This document shows positions 9,701-18,716 of a stretch of DNA of 64,000 nt, piece by piece. Source of the DNA: Perkinsela sp. CCAP 1560/9 (taxonomy: Eukaryota > Protista > Euglenozoa: Kinetoplastea); the NCBI GenBank assembly GCA_965644495.1, contig CBFFSA010000002.1, positions 434,001 to 498,000 on the forward strand, read 5' to 3'. Within the stretch, counting starts at the first letter, position 1. Each line of letters starts with the position of its first letter. The notes under the pieces were generated by a model. The model did not search any database, had not been told where the DNA came from, and was given only the letters and a program-made list of their open reading frames with translations. Both the position numbers and the translations under genes were made by a program.

Positions 9701-10705
9701 TTATACCCAGGCTACGCTCATCAAACCTGTATCTGGTGGCGTCTCACTTGCAAAGGGCCCCCCATCATTCTTTTCTGGTGCATTTTGAATATCCTCACCT
9801 TTGCTCACCTTTTTCGCTTCCTTTTCTCCAGATAATGAATCTTTAAAAGTAGTAAGTTTATTGACTAGCACTTCCACTGCGGTCCGCAAGATATATTCCA
9901 TGGGCAACACACCTATACCCTCCACACGGAAAACGTAATTGTATTTGTTCAACGACGGGGATTTGTACCGAACCGTCACCAGTTCCTCCTTTGATCCCTC
10001 CGGCTGGACGCAATCCTGACAAAAGATACACTTGTCCGCGTTTTCTACCACAATCTCATCATGAAATTCATCATACGCAAACACCCCCACAGGGCACACC
10101 TTTGGAAACGCCTTCCTCTCCGCCAGCGAGAGCCTCCCCAGCGCCTCCTCATGCAACGTAATCTCCGACTCATACTGCATCCCCACCGTCGCCACCGGCA
10201 TCCACTTCGCATGTTCCTTTGCAATCCCTTTACGCACCACACACCGCAGGTTAACCTCCTGTCCCGGACCCAGGGTACACAACCACACCCCTTTCCCCTC
10301 GTTATGGGTCCCTTTCACCGGGTAAACTTGCTCCGCCAGCGGCCCCGGGGTCACGCGGAGATCCGAGGCCGTCACCGCGCGGGAGAGCTCCCCGACACGG
10401 CACCGTACCGCGAGCTCCATCTCCACGGTGCACCGGGTACACCCGACGCCCCCCTCACAGGGGCACCCCCACGCGAGGTTCATCTGGGGGGCGGCCGCGG
10501 ACCAGATCGGGACCATCCCGAGCCGGTGGGCCAGCATCTCGTCGTGGATCACGCTGGTGTTGGACCGGATCGTGACCTCATCGATCGCGAGCATCGGGAC
10601 CTCGGAGATCATGACCCGGCGCAGCGCGTTGGCCAGGGAGTTGTCGACGTGGTGGAGCGCGAACTCGAGGTAGTCCGGCCGCGAGGCGAGGATTTTGACG
10701 TCCAT
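9701..10705 (-). CDS. RPB3: RNA polymerase II subunit RPB3
   Basis: ANALRRVMISEVP, DEMLAHRLGMVP, Zn motif CPC...CTRC, and KGIAKEHAKW (W as in RPB3 rather than the F of AC40). Confidence 0.92.
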   Translation of the reverse strand: MDVKILASRPDYLEFALHHVDNSLANALRRVMISEVPMLAIDEVTIRSNTSVIHDEMLAHRLGMVPIWSAAAPQMNLAWGCPCEGGVGCTRCTVEMELAVRCRVGELSRAVTASDLRVTPGPLAEQVYPVKGTHNEGKGVWLCTLGPGQEVNLRCVVRKGIAKEHAKWMPVATVGMQYESEITLHEEALGRLSLAERKAFPKVCPVGVFAYDEFHDEIVVENADKCIFCQDCVQPEGSKEELVTVRYKSPSLNKYNYVFRVEGIGVLPMEYILRTAVEVLVNKLTTFKDSLSGEKEAKKVSKGEDIQNAPEKNDGGPFASETPPDTGLMSVAWV

Positions 10706-10913
10706 GGGAGGGGGGGAAGGGGGAGGGGAAGGGAAGGAAATAGAAAGGTCGCTAGTGTATTATTATTTTTGAGGTGTTGAGAGATGTGGAGGAGAGGAAA
10801 AAAGGAACAGAGCTCAGTAGGGTAATGGGAGTGTTCGTAGGGTTACGATTGTTTTTTCTAACAATACATATTGAACTCTAGGATGTTTGGAAAAAGAATA
10901 GAATCTATTCTAA

Positions 10914-12194
10914 TCACGGGTTTGGTTGTCTTTCGTACTGTTGAACCAAATTCAGCCACTCATGTTTGATTATGCTATCAATGTTCGGTCGAGATTTAAG
11001 GTCGATAGATAAGCAATTTTCAATAAAGCTTCGGGCTTGAGCAGAGATAGACGTTTCTATCTTTTTGTTGTTTTCGGTGGTATTATTTCTGAGGGCATGT
11101 TCGAAATCTACGCTGTCATGTACTATCGCGTGCAACGTAGATGATATGGAGTCACGGTGAAACGGTGGCTTGCCGAAAAGAAGTTCATAGGCGCACACGC
11201 CAATGCTCCACACATCAACTTTTCGCAGGCTCTCCTTGTTTATCTCGCCAGATACCTGTTCTGGGGCCATATAGTCCAGTGTTCCTTTGCACGCGTTGCT
11301 ACTTAGAATGAGCTCCGCGCTTTGAGCAGAAGATTCTTTTGCTACGCTTTCAAATTGTCTGGGTCCCCAGGCGAGTCCAAAATCAGCCAGTTTTACTCTT
11401 CTACGCTGGCGGTCGTACAGAACATTCCCAGGTTTTATGTCACAGTGAGCTATTTTATGCACCTCATGAAGGTATCTCACAGCACTACACAACTGGGAGA
11501 TGATGTGAGAGGCCTCCCATTCCTCGAACACTGGAAAATTCTTCTGGGTCCGGCGGTTTTTAATTTGTCGATCCAAACTTCCACTCTCGATGTACTCCAG
11601 TACGAGGGCAGGTAGTCCTTTATGTGGTCTTTTTGTAACGTGGACTTCGGAGCGTACGTTTGCATAGTAACCACATAGTCGAATGATATACGGATGTGAC
11701 AACACGCGATGTGTCTTAACCTCCGTATGTATGGCACGTTCTGCAGAAACGTGATTACTGTTTCGCGATGATAAAAATTTCACAGCGTATAGCCTTGACG
11801 TCTGTTTGTGGCGGGCTTTCCATACAGTGTGCGGCGAAGGAATGGGACAAGAGCGGTTCGGTTTTTCCACATCCAATGGAAGTAGCTCTGTAGGTAAATC
11901 CATGTGGTATTCTTGTTCAGTGTTCGAGACGTCTGATTCAGTAGTGATTTCAGATTCGCTGTCACGCTCGCTGTGTAGATTTCTGTCAAAGATGCACTCA
12001 AGTAAATCAAAGCACTCTGAAAAAGTAGCTTCCGTTTTTGGCGTATCTTTGTCGGGTTGATTTTCCCTTTTCGCACTATTTTGCAAGGAACCCACATTAT
12101 CAGTACTCTGAAAAAAGTTGATGCCCTCGTCTCTTGAGAGTTCTATGTTAGATAAATTTTCACACAGTGATTGCAAAGCACTGCGATCGGACAT
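10914..12194 (-). CDS. Divergent Ser/Thr kinase, Aurora-like
   Basis: YAVK, HPYIIRLCGY, HCDIKPGN, LADFG, GTLDYMAPE and DVWSIGVCAYELLFGKPPF. Confidence 0.85.
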   Translation of the reverse strand: MSDRSALQSLCENLSNIELSRDEGINFFQSTDNVGSLQNSAKRENQPDKDTPKTEATFSECFDLLECIFDRNLHSERDSESEITTESDVSNTEQEYHMDLPTELLPLDVEKPNRSCPIPSPHTVWKARHKQTSRLYAVKFLSSRNSNHVSAERAIHTEVKTHRVLSHPYIIRLCGYYANVRSEVHVTKRPHKGLPALVLEYIESGSLDRQIKNRRTQKNFPVFEEWEASHIISQLCSAVRYLHEVHKIAHCDIKPGNVLYDRQRRRVKLADFGLAWGPRQFESVAKESSAQSAELILSSNACKGTLDYMAPEQVSGEINKESLRKVDVWSIGVCAYELLFGKPPFHRDSISSTLHAIVHDSVDFEHALRNNTTENNKKIETSISAQARSFIENCLSIDLKSRPNIDSIIKHEWLNLVQQYERQPNP

Positions 12195-12496
12195 TTGTAA
12201 GGTAATGGCAACGAATTACGAAGAGTGCTACCACAATACCAAAAAACGACCTTAGTAAATTAAATGTATGAAACTGCATTTAATCATAGTTAAAGCACTT
12301 AAAACTAACTAAAACTAATTATCGTGGAAGCTGAAAAGTTATAAACTGGGACCGGAAATAACATACCTGTAACACGATAACGGGGTTATGTTATCCTGTA
12401 ACACCGTCTAAGATATTGGAGGGTATGCTGACAATGCAGATGCCTGGAGAATTAAAAAAATGGAGGAAATGAAATGTTTTTTTGTGTAATGATGGG

Positions 12497-13333
12497 TTAA
12501 TTCCGCCGTTGTTTACCGATTTTCACCGTGTGAGGCACGGGTGAATCCCGCGCAAGTCGAATATGGTTCATTGAAAGATTAATCTCTTCCACGAGATCCG
12601 GTAGGTTGCTGTAATCACGGACTCCACTAAAGTTATTGTCCCATGCAGCAATATATTTCAAATTGGGGGGTAAGGAGCCCAGTCCCAGCTCGCCTTCAAA
12701 CATATTGCGATATACAAAGAGCTCCGTAAGTGGAATTGGAAGTCGTGACAAATCAAGCTGCCCTGAAAATCTATTTTGATTCAAGTAGAGCTTGTCCAAC
12801 GCCGGAGGCAAGTTGCTAAGATCAATATGCCCCAAAAACTTGTTAACCGAAAAATTGGCAATGCGCAATTTATCAGGCAGCTTTATCAACTCAAGAGCGC
12901 CACTAAAACGATTATTGCGAATTGAGAGGGTAGTAAGATCAAGTGGAAGTGAAGTAGCGTCGAAGTCTCCCCCAAAAAAGTTTGCTTCTAGATGCAGCTC
13001 ATTCATACCGTTAGGAAGAATGTCCGTGAGTATGAATCCTGAAAGTGAAGTGAGTATAATTCTTACTTTTTTAATGCTTAGCGGGAGCCAAGACCATGCC
13101 AGTGACCCTTTTAGGGAACCATAATTGGGACCCTCCAAGCCTATCAAGCTTATACGACCTGAAGAGTCACATTTAGTGCAGCGCCAGTTGCATGCTGGTG
13201 TATCAGGTGCAAACGACGGTTCATCGTGCGTAACATTGCCAATGAAGCGTGCAAGCTCAATTTCCTGTGGAAATTTTGCACCACGAATTTTTGCAGGAAA
13301 TATTTTCTGCTCCTGAGAATCCATAGAACTCAT
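12497..13333 (-). CDS. Leucine-rich repeat protein (LxxNxFSGxLDLxxLP type)
   Basis: Repeated NRFSGALELIKLP / NKFLGHIDLSNLP units; N-cap ACNWRCTKC. Confidence 0.9.
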   Translation of the reverse strand: MSSMDSQEQKIFPAKIRGAKFPQEIELARFIGNVTHDEPSFAPDTPACNWRCTKCDSSGRISLIGLEGPNYGSLKGSLAWSWLPLSIKKVRIILTSLSGFILTDILPNGMNELHLEANFFGGDFDATSLPLDLTTLSIRNNRFSGALELIKLPDKLRIANFSVNKFLGHIDLSNLPPALDKLYLNQNRFSGQLDLSRLPIPLTELFVYRNMFEGELGLGSLPPNLKYIAAWDNNFSGVRDYSNLPDLVEEINLSMNHIRLARDSPVPHTVKIGKQRRN

Positions 13334-13371
13334 ATCTGATAAAAAATAGTGCTACGATTAAAAAAGAAATA

Positions 13372-13452
13372 GTATTACTATTAGTAAGTGAACTACTACA
13401 TTTACTACTACTACACTTACTACTACTACACTTACTACTACTACTACTACTA
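13372..13452. repeat. (TAC)n microsatellite flanking MITE-like elements
   Basis: Imperfect tactactac run; similar runs at 13730-13755 and 13830-13858. Confidence 0.9.
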
Positions 13453-13729
13453 CCGTAGACCCCCCCCAGTAATAGACCCCCCCAGTAACAAGGATTTGGA
13501 TCGGGAGGGTCGTTGGAGGGGGGGGGGGTATTTGGGCGGGTGGGCGTGTTTGGGCGGGTGAGGGCGTTGCGAGGGAGCGAATGGCGTGGTTGCGGGGTTG
13601 GATAGGCTGAAAATCAACGCACTCATGAACAAAACAGGTCCTTTCTCACCCAAAAAGCATACCCCCCCCAGTAACAAGGATTTGGCCATTTTGACCCAAA
13701 ATCGATTCTATTACTGGGGGGGTCTACGG
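13453..13729. mobile_element. MITE-like element, TIR CCGTAGACCCCCCC(C)AGTAATAGA, TA flanks
   Basis: ta|ccgtagaccccccccagtaataga ... tctattactgggggggtctacgg|ta, with internal copies of the TIR core. Confidence 0.8.
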
Positions 13730-13755
13730 TACTACTACTACTACTACTACTACTA

Positions 13756-13828
13756 CCGTATACCCCCCAGTAAAAGAATTGGTTTTGGGTCGAAATGGCC
13801 GAATCTCTCTTACTGGGGGGGTATACGG
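13756..13828. mobile_element. 73-bp minimal MITE of the same family
   Basis: ta|ccgtataccccccagtaa ... ttactgggggggtatacgg|ta; the interior is an inverted, diverged copy of 13660-13729. Confidence 0.8.
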
Positions 13829-14220
13829 TATTACTACTACTACTACACTTACTATTACTCCTCCTCTCATTAATTTCCATAAATGTAAATTATAAGAAAA
13901 AAGAAAATTTATAGTTACACTGTATATTTATAGAAATTAATGAGAATCGTTAGGCAAAAAGTCCTGATTAAATGATTCTGCCTGATGGAAAAACGCTATT
14001 TTTCTTCGATAAGCTATCGCGGAACGTGATCCAAGGACCTTGTCGGAAGTGAGGGTCAAATTTTTCTGCGGTGTTCTCCCTTCTATCCTAGCTTTTCCTG
14101 TTCTTTTCTTCAAAAACATAATATTTTGAAAATCGATAATTTTTTTCTGAAAAATTAGGAGTGACATTTATAGAAATTACTGAGAAGAGGAGTAGTCTAT
14201 GTGTTTGTTCGATTTTGGTA

Positions 14221-14556
14221 CTGCACCCCCCTACTTAAGAGTCCGCCGATTTTGGGCATTTGGACTCTTAAGTGGGGGGTCAGTATTTTTCACAAAATTT
14301 CAATATGGCCGGTTACTTTTCTTGCTTATGTTTTTTTCTCTGATGAAGGTCGGCGTCTGTATTATCGATAAGATAGAAGTGCCAGTGAAGACCACGAGGA
14401 GGCCCCAAACATACTTCCCCATTACGCACGCACATCAGGAGTGGTAAATTTAAAAAAAGTAATCTGGCGGCGCTTCGTGCCGCAGGCAGCCCGAGGCTTC
14501 GTCGAAGCCTCAAGAACTCTTAAGTAGTTAAGGACTCTTAAGTAAGGGGGGCAAAG
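14221..14556. mobile_element. MITE-like element, TIR core CCCCCC(T)TACTTAAGAGTCC, TA flanks
   Basis: ta|ctgcacccccctacttaagagtcc ... ggactcttaagtaaggggggcaaag|ta; an internal right-TIR copy ends at 14283. Confidence 0.72.
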
Positions 14557-14674
14557 TAACATCTTGCATAAAATTCACGCTAAAAAAAATTCAACACTTT
14601 AATTCATGTATTTTCCCAGCGTATCCCTGATACTAAGATTTTGACTAACTTTGACTAACTTATTCTAAAATAGT

Positions 14675-16408
14675 TCAACACGTACTTTTAAGTTGTTCCA
14701 AAATCATTGCGAAGAAAGGGAGAAGCAAATTATCGGAAGAGTCTATCATTGCTTCCGCCACGCACAAGGGCGATATGTTGAATGCGATGTGTAAAGTATC
14801 AGAAAGAGACGTCGGATATCCTAGCCCTGATCTGAAAAACACTTCTACTAAGGTGGATATCACAAGCGCCGCAATGCTACCTTCAATAGTTTTGGCAGAC
14901 AAATATGTATGTTGTGTATGACGCAGTCCGAATAAGTCATTCCATTTGTGAGTACCCCAAATACTTCCTGCCACTGCCGCAGTGCTATCCACGACTCCTA
15001 AGGCCAAAATTCCTATATACGGAGGAGCTAGGAGGCACCTCGAATCTTTTATTGTGTCAGCTTTGCTTTGAATCACTGGGTAAGTGGAGGAGAGAAATGG
15101 TAATGTAACACCGAGCAAAAGGTAGATATGACTACGTATTATACCGCGATCGCGTTCGTCGGCGTACGCGTGATAGTAGCGATCAATAAGTTGACGTAGT
15201 TTCCACTTTATGGATAGTTTTGAACGCAGCAGTTCTACAAAGAATGCCGCTATAGTAATCAGTTCAAGTATGTATAAGCAAATTTGAGTGCTGTACTCGA
15301 AATAGAAAGCCCAAAAAGTGAGAAAAACAAAAAAGTAATGAAAAACCTTGCGTGCTATAATTTTTTGAGTACAGCCTATACGTAGAAAGCACTGCGCATT
15401 CGACTTTTTCGGTTGATGTTTCGCATGTAGAGAAAACCCCTGCACAGGGTACGTAACGTACAGAACAAGTGCTAGAAAGATACAACCTGCCAAGAAATGA
15501 AATAGAAATGCCGCAGAAATCCAATTTTTATATAAGTTTTTCCCAAATTTTACGAGAAAAAACATATAAATAAAGGCAATAGCACTTGCCAAAGCTAAAT
15601 AGTGGCGACGTAAGGTTCGAGTTCGCTTCTTGCTTGTAGGACTCAAACCGTAGAGGGCGATGCAATACGTTGCGAACAAAATTTTATGTTCATCACGAAT
15701 CTCTGTAGCGTAAGAGTCTAATAGAAAGTGATTTGTGTACAAGACCGCAAATACATTAAATAGAAACCCCACTTCTCTGCTAATCCGGTACGCGCAGAAT
15801 TCGTCTGCAAATGTGTAAACGTATGATGATATTTGAAGCATTATACTATGACCAAGCAAAGCAACTCCAATTGAAAACGTTAGATCACACCATGATTTAG
15901 TTAATTGAAGGGTAGAGTGGTTGAACATCCATCCTATTATAGAGACAAGCAAGCTAATAGATGCAAATATCCTTCGGCATTCTGTTCTCAGAACGTATAG
16001 GACGGACAGCACGAAGTAGAACAGCACAAGAAAAACTACGACAGAAGCATGACTAACCTCTACTAGAGGTTCGTCCCCAAATCCGTTCCCTTTTGAGGCA
16101 ACAGCAAACAAATGGGAAGTAGTCAAAAGAATCGGGGCAGAAAGCAGACATGCCGGCAATCCAATAACTGCAGCCTCAGGCGGCCTTTCTTTTGTACCTA
16201 GAAAACAATTTCTTTCCAGGTAAATGGAGTACCCAATAAGAAAACAAAGAGTGTAGCTTAAAAGATACTCATCTTTTTGCCAGGCAACAATACAAGCTCC
16301 TGCAGCTACAGAGTTTAAAAGAACGGATTCCAAGGTCAAACGTGGAAACCCAAAAAACGAAAGCTGAAGTAATGAATCGCAAGTCTCTGTCACCAATCTC
16401 TCGGTCAT
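14675..16408 (-). CDS. SEC59: Dolichol kinase
   Basis: Multi-TM protein with ARKVFH, SHIYLLLG, GVVDSTAAVAGSIWGTHKW, KTIEGS and DNLLLP motifs. Confidence 0.88.
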   Translation of the reverse strand: MTERLVTETCDSLLQLSFFGFPRLTLESVLLNSVAAGACIVAWQKDEYLLSYTLCFLIGYSIYLERNCFLGTKERPPEAAVIGLPACLLSAPILLTTSHLFAVASKGNGFGDEPLVEVSHASVVVFLVLFYFVLSVLYVLRTECRRIFASISLLVSIIGWMFNHSTLQLTKSWCDLTFSIGVALLGHSIMLQISSYVYTFADEFCAYRISREVGFLFNVFAVLYTNHFLLDSYATEIRDEHKILFATYCIALYGLSPTSKKRTRTLRRHYLALASAIAFIYMFFLVKFGKNLYKNWISAAFLFHFLAGCIFLALVLYVTYPVQGFSLHAKHQPKKSNAQCFLRIGCTQKIIARKVFHYFFVFLTFWAFYFEYSTQICLYILELITIAAFFVELLRSKLSIKWKLRQLIDRYYHAYADERDRGIIRSHIYLLLGVTLPFLSSTYPVIQSKADTIKDSRCLLAPPYIGILALGVVDSTAAVAGSIWGTHKWNDLFGLRHTQHTYLSAKTIEGSIAALVISTLVEVFFRSGLGYPTSLSDTLHIAFNISPLCVAEAMIDSSDNLLLPFFAMILEQLKSTC

Positions 16409-16778
16409 CGAAATATTTCGGCCATCAAGACCTATATGTCAGAAAGTTTTGGAGGTAAAGCCGTGTGCAAGAGCAATTGAAAGAATTCGCTCAAGTAGAA
16501 TTGAATCATAGAGAAATTAACCAACATCTTACTGTATGACTTTGTCAATTTTGTTTTTATTAAATGAATGCATCTTTAAGCTACATTTCCTGAATATCTT
16601 TAGTGATATTTAGCTAAAAAATTATGGTTTTGCCACTCAAATTTATGGCGCTAATGCAATTGACATAAACAACATTTTAAGTAAAAACTCGTACCACAGT
16701 TATTCGGGAGTCAAGCATTCTTTTTGAAGGGTTCTGCCCTATTTTTTATCTCGTACTTCGCTGCAAATAAAACATGTT

Positions 16779-17180
16779 TTATGCCTCTTCACCCTCCAAA
16801 GCATGAAATCCCGCTGGTTTGTGTAACAAATAGTTAGGAATAAACATCGCACAATAGTCTTCAAAATCAACGTACGTGCGAACACGGATTTGATCTTCCT
16901 TACTCAAACTTTTACGGACCGATTCTACCGAGCCACCCCACCGGCGGAGCATTGTACGTTCTACATCCTCTCTCTCGCACATCCAACGATTGTGTCGAGA
17001 AATGTAGTGAATACAACAGCATAAGCTAATCATAACGCGGACATCCATAGGAAACATCGCCCATCCAACGTTCCAACTGCGATTTGTTACAGCGTCTAGA
17101 AACCCGCGCATAATCAACACCTGTTGTCGAAATCTTGAGGGATCTATCAACCTGGAAGCCCGGTAGGAAGGTAATAGCAT
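16779..17180 (-). CDS. Small hypothetical protein, likely mitochondrial
   Basis: 133-aa ORF on the cluster strand with an Arg-rich presequence-like start. Confidence 0.65.
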   Translation of the reverse strand: MLLPSYRASRLIDPSRFRQQVLIMRGFLDAVTNRSWNVGWAMFPMDVRVMISLCCCIHYISRHNRWMCEREDVERTMLRRWGGSVESVRKSLSKEDQIRVRTYVDFEDYCAMFIPNYLLHKPAGFHALEGEEA

Positions 17181-17312
17181 TGGAAGTAAAACGAAAAGAC
17201 AATACTAAAGGCTTTTCAAGCCAATTTCAAGTCAATCACGTACGCTTGAGAGGTGAGTTATACTACTATGGGGTATAGACTCTATACCCCATGTTTAATA
17301 GGGCTACGCGCC

Positions 17313-17620
17313 CACTCCCCTTAATTATTAAGGATTCCTATTAATAATAGGAATATTAAGGATATTATTTTTTCTAGAAGACCAAAGAAAATTTTCTGGG
17401 AGTCAAATTAATTGTCGAATCCGCCACGAAGCGGCATTTTGTTTTAATCTACCAGAGCAGCACAAAGTGCATCATAATGCAGCAGGGCCTTGTTTGAGAA
17501 TAATGAAAAAAATGTGACGCGAATGTACAATCTAGTTGTGTGTACAATGTATTCCATGTATCCCCCTTTAATGGGTCTTTTTGCCCTAAAAACAGAGCCT
17601 TATTAAGTAAGGGGGGGTAG
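17313..17620. mobile_element. Degenerate MITE-like element related to the 14221 family
   Basis: Right end gagccttattaagtaagggggggtag|ta; left end cactccccttaattattaaggattc; internal ccgccacgaagcggc. Confidence 0.55.
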
Positions 17621-17775
17621 TATTCGATACAGATCTCATAAAATACTACGCCTCATCCATTTCTTGGTGACGTATAGGGCTTGAAAAGTTTCTTCCCCGG
17701 CGCCCTTGACTTCTTCTCGCAATTTTGTAATAACCATCGCTTTTTTCACCGAGTATGCGTTGCTGTATTTGGTAT

Positions 17776-17854
17776 TAATCTAGCAGCGTGGATTCGAGAA
17801 CGTAGAGATGAGGCTATAAAGCCCCTCGTCGATCCCACCCGTTAAATCGCTGCG
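17776..17854 (-). ncRNA. Putative single-hairpin H/ACA-like (AGA-box) snoRNA, copy 1
   Basis: Minus strand GCAGCG...CGCUGC-U-AGA-UUA; one of four paralogues. Confidence 0.6.
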
Positions 17855-18132
17855 TACAATCAAGATATGCAGCAATAAATTTTATAATAAATCTTTTTAA
17901 CTGAGTCGCACATGGTTTTACTGAAAGTCTACAGTGATTCCTCCGAATCGAGCTGTATGGTAGCATACTTCTACCTGTAGCAGCGCCTGAGTATGTTGTC
18001 CCGCAAGACCGTCGATTGAGTTGAATGTCAATTCTTTTATATTTTCTTTTCATGCCTGTTAGTTTCCAAGTCTTTTTATACATTTATGTACAAGCAAAAC
18101 TTCTGTAAATACTATAAGTCCATGTTATCCAT

Positions 18133-18206
18133 AAATCTAGCAGCGTGGATTCGAGAACGCCAAGATGAGGAAGTCCCTCGTCGATCCCACCCGTTAAATC
18201 GCTGCG
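18133..18206 (-). ncRNA. Putative AGA-box snoRNA, copy 2
   Basis: Same basal stem, pocket and AGA-UUU end; variable apical loop. Confidence 0.6.
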
Positions 18207-18407
18207 CAAAAAATATACTTTTAAGAAAAACCTAGATCAACATGTGATGTTCGAGCAATCTCAGTTATTGAGCTCATGATAGCACACAGGTGCTATCTTG
18301 CTATTTTGTCATACCAAATTTTTCCGCGAGGGGGGGGGGCAAGATTTCTGTTCAACCATGTACAAAGTACCGAATGTAACAATTGGCCATATGTGCATTA
18401 TGGTCTT

Positions 18408-18484
18408 AAATCTAGCAGCGTGGATTAGAGAACGTAGAGATATGACCAGAAAGACTCTTCAATCCCACCCGTTAAATCGCTGCG
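18408..18484 (-). ncRNA. Putative AGA-box snoRNA, copy 3
   Basis: Same architecture; a C>U change keeps pairing as U-G in the proposed upper stem. Confidence 0.6.
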
Positions 18485-18539
18485 CGTAATTTTAAGAAAA
18501 AGAACTAATATATACATTTACCTTTTGCACAATATCCTT

Positions 18540-18616
18540 AAATCTAACAGCGTGGATTCGAGAACGTAGAGATAAGACTAGAAAGACTCTTCGATCCCAC
18601 CCGTTAAATCGCTGCG
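18540..18616 (-). ncRNA. Putative AGA-box snoRNA, copy 4
   Basis: A basal-stem G-C pair becomes G-U, which is tolerated only on the minus strand. Confidence 0.6.
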
Positions 18617-18716
18617 TGCTGACAAAAACATACAAAAAATCTGCGGTAAAAATCTGCGGTTTTATTACAAAGCTAGTATAATTTCAGTGAAATCTCACGT
18701 CGAACTTCGAAGTGAA

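Noticed and set aside
13450-13880. Short ORFs with poly-Tyr/poly-Ser
   Set aside because: They are translations of the (TAC)n microsatellite and MITEs.
18255-18320. Another possible AGA-box hairpin (gatagcac/gtgctatc stem)
   Set aside because: The basal stem is weak and only one pocket strand matches a recalled rRNA site.
17776-18616. CRISPR array or ribozyme reading of the four repeats
   Set aside because: The repeats are too long, the spacers are irregular (55-278 bp), there are no cas genes and the context is eukaryotic. No hammerhead, twister or HDV core was found; only a superficial CGUUAAAU resemblance to pistol, without its pseudoknot.
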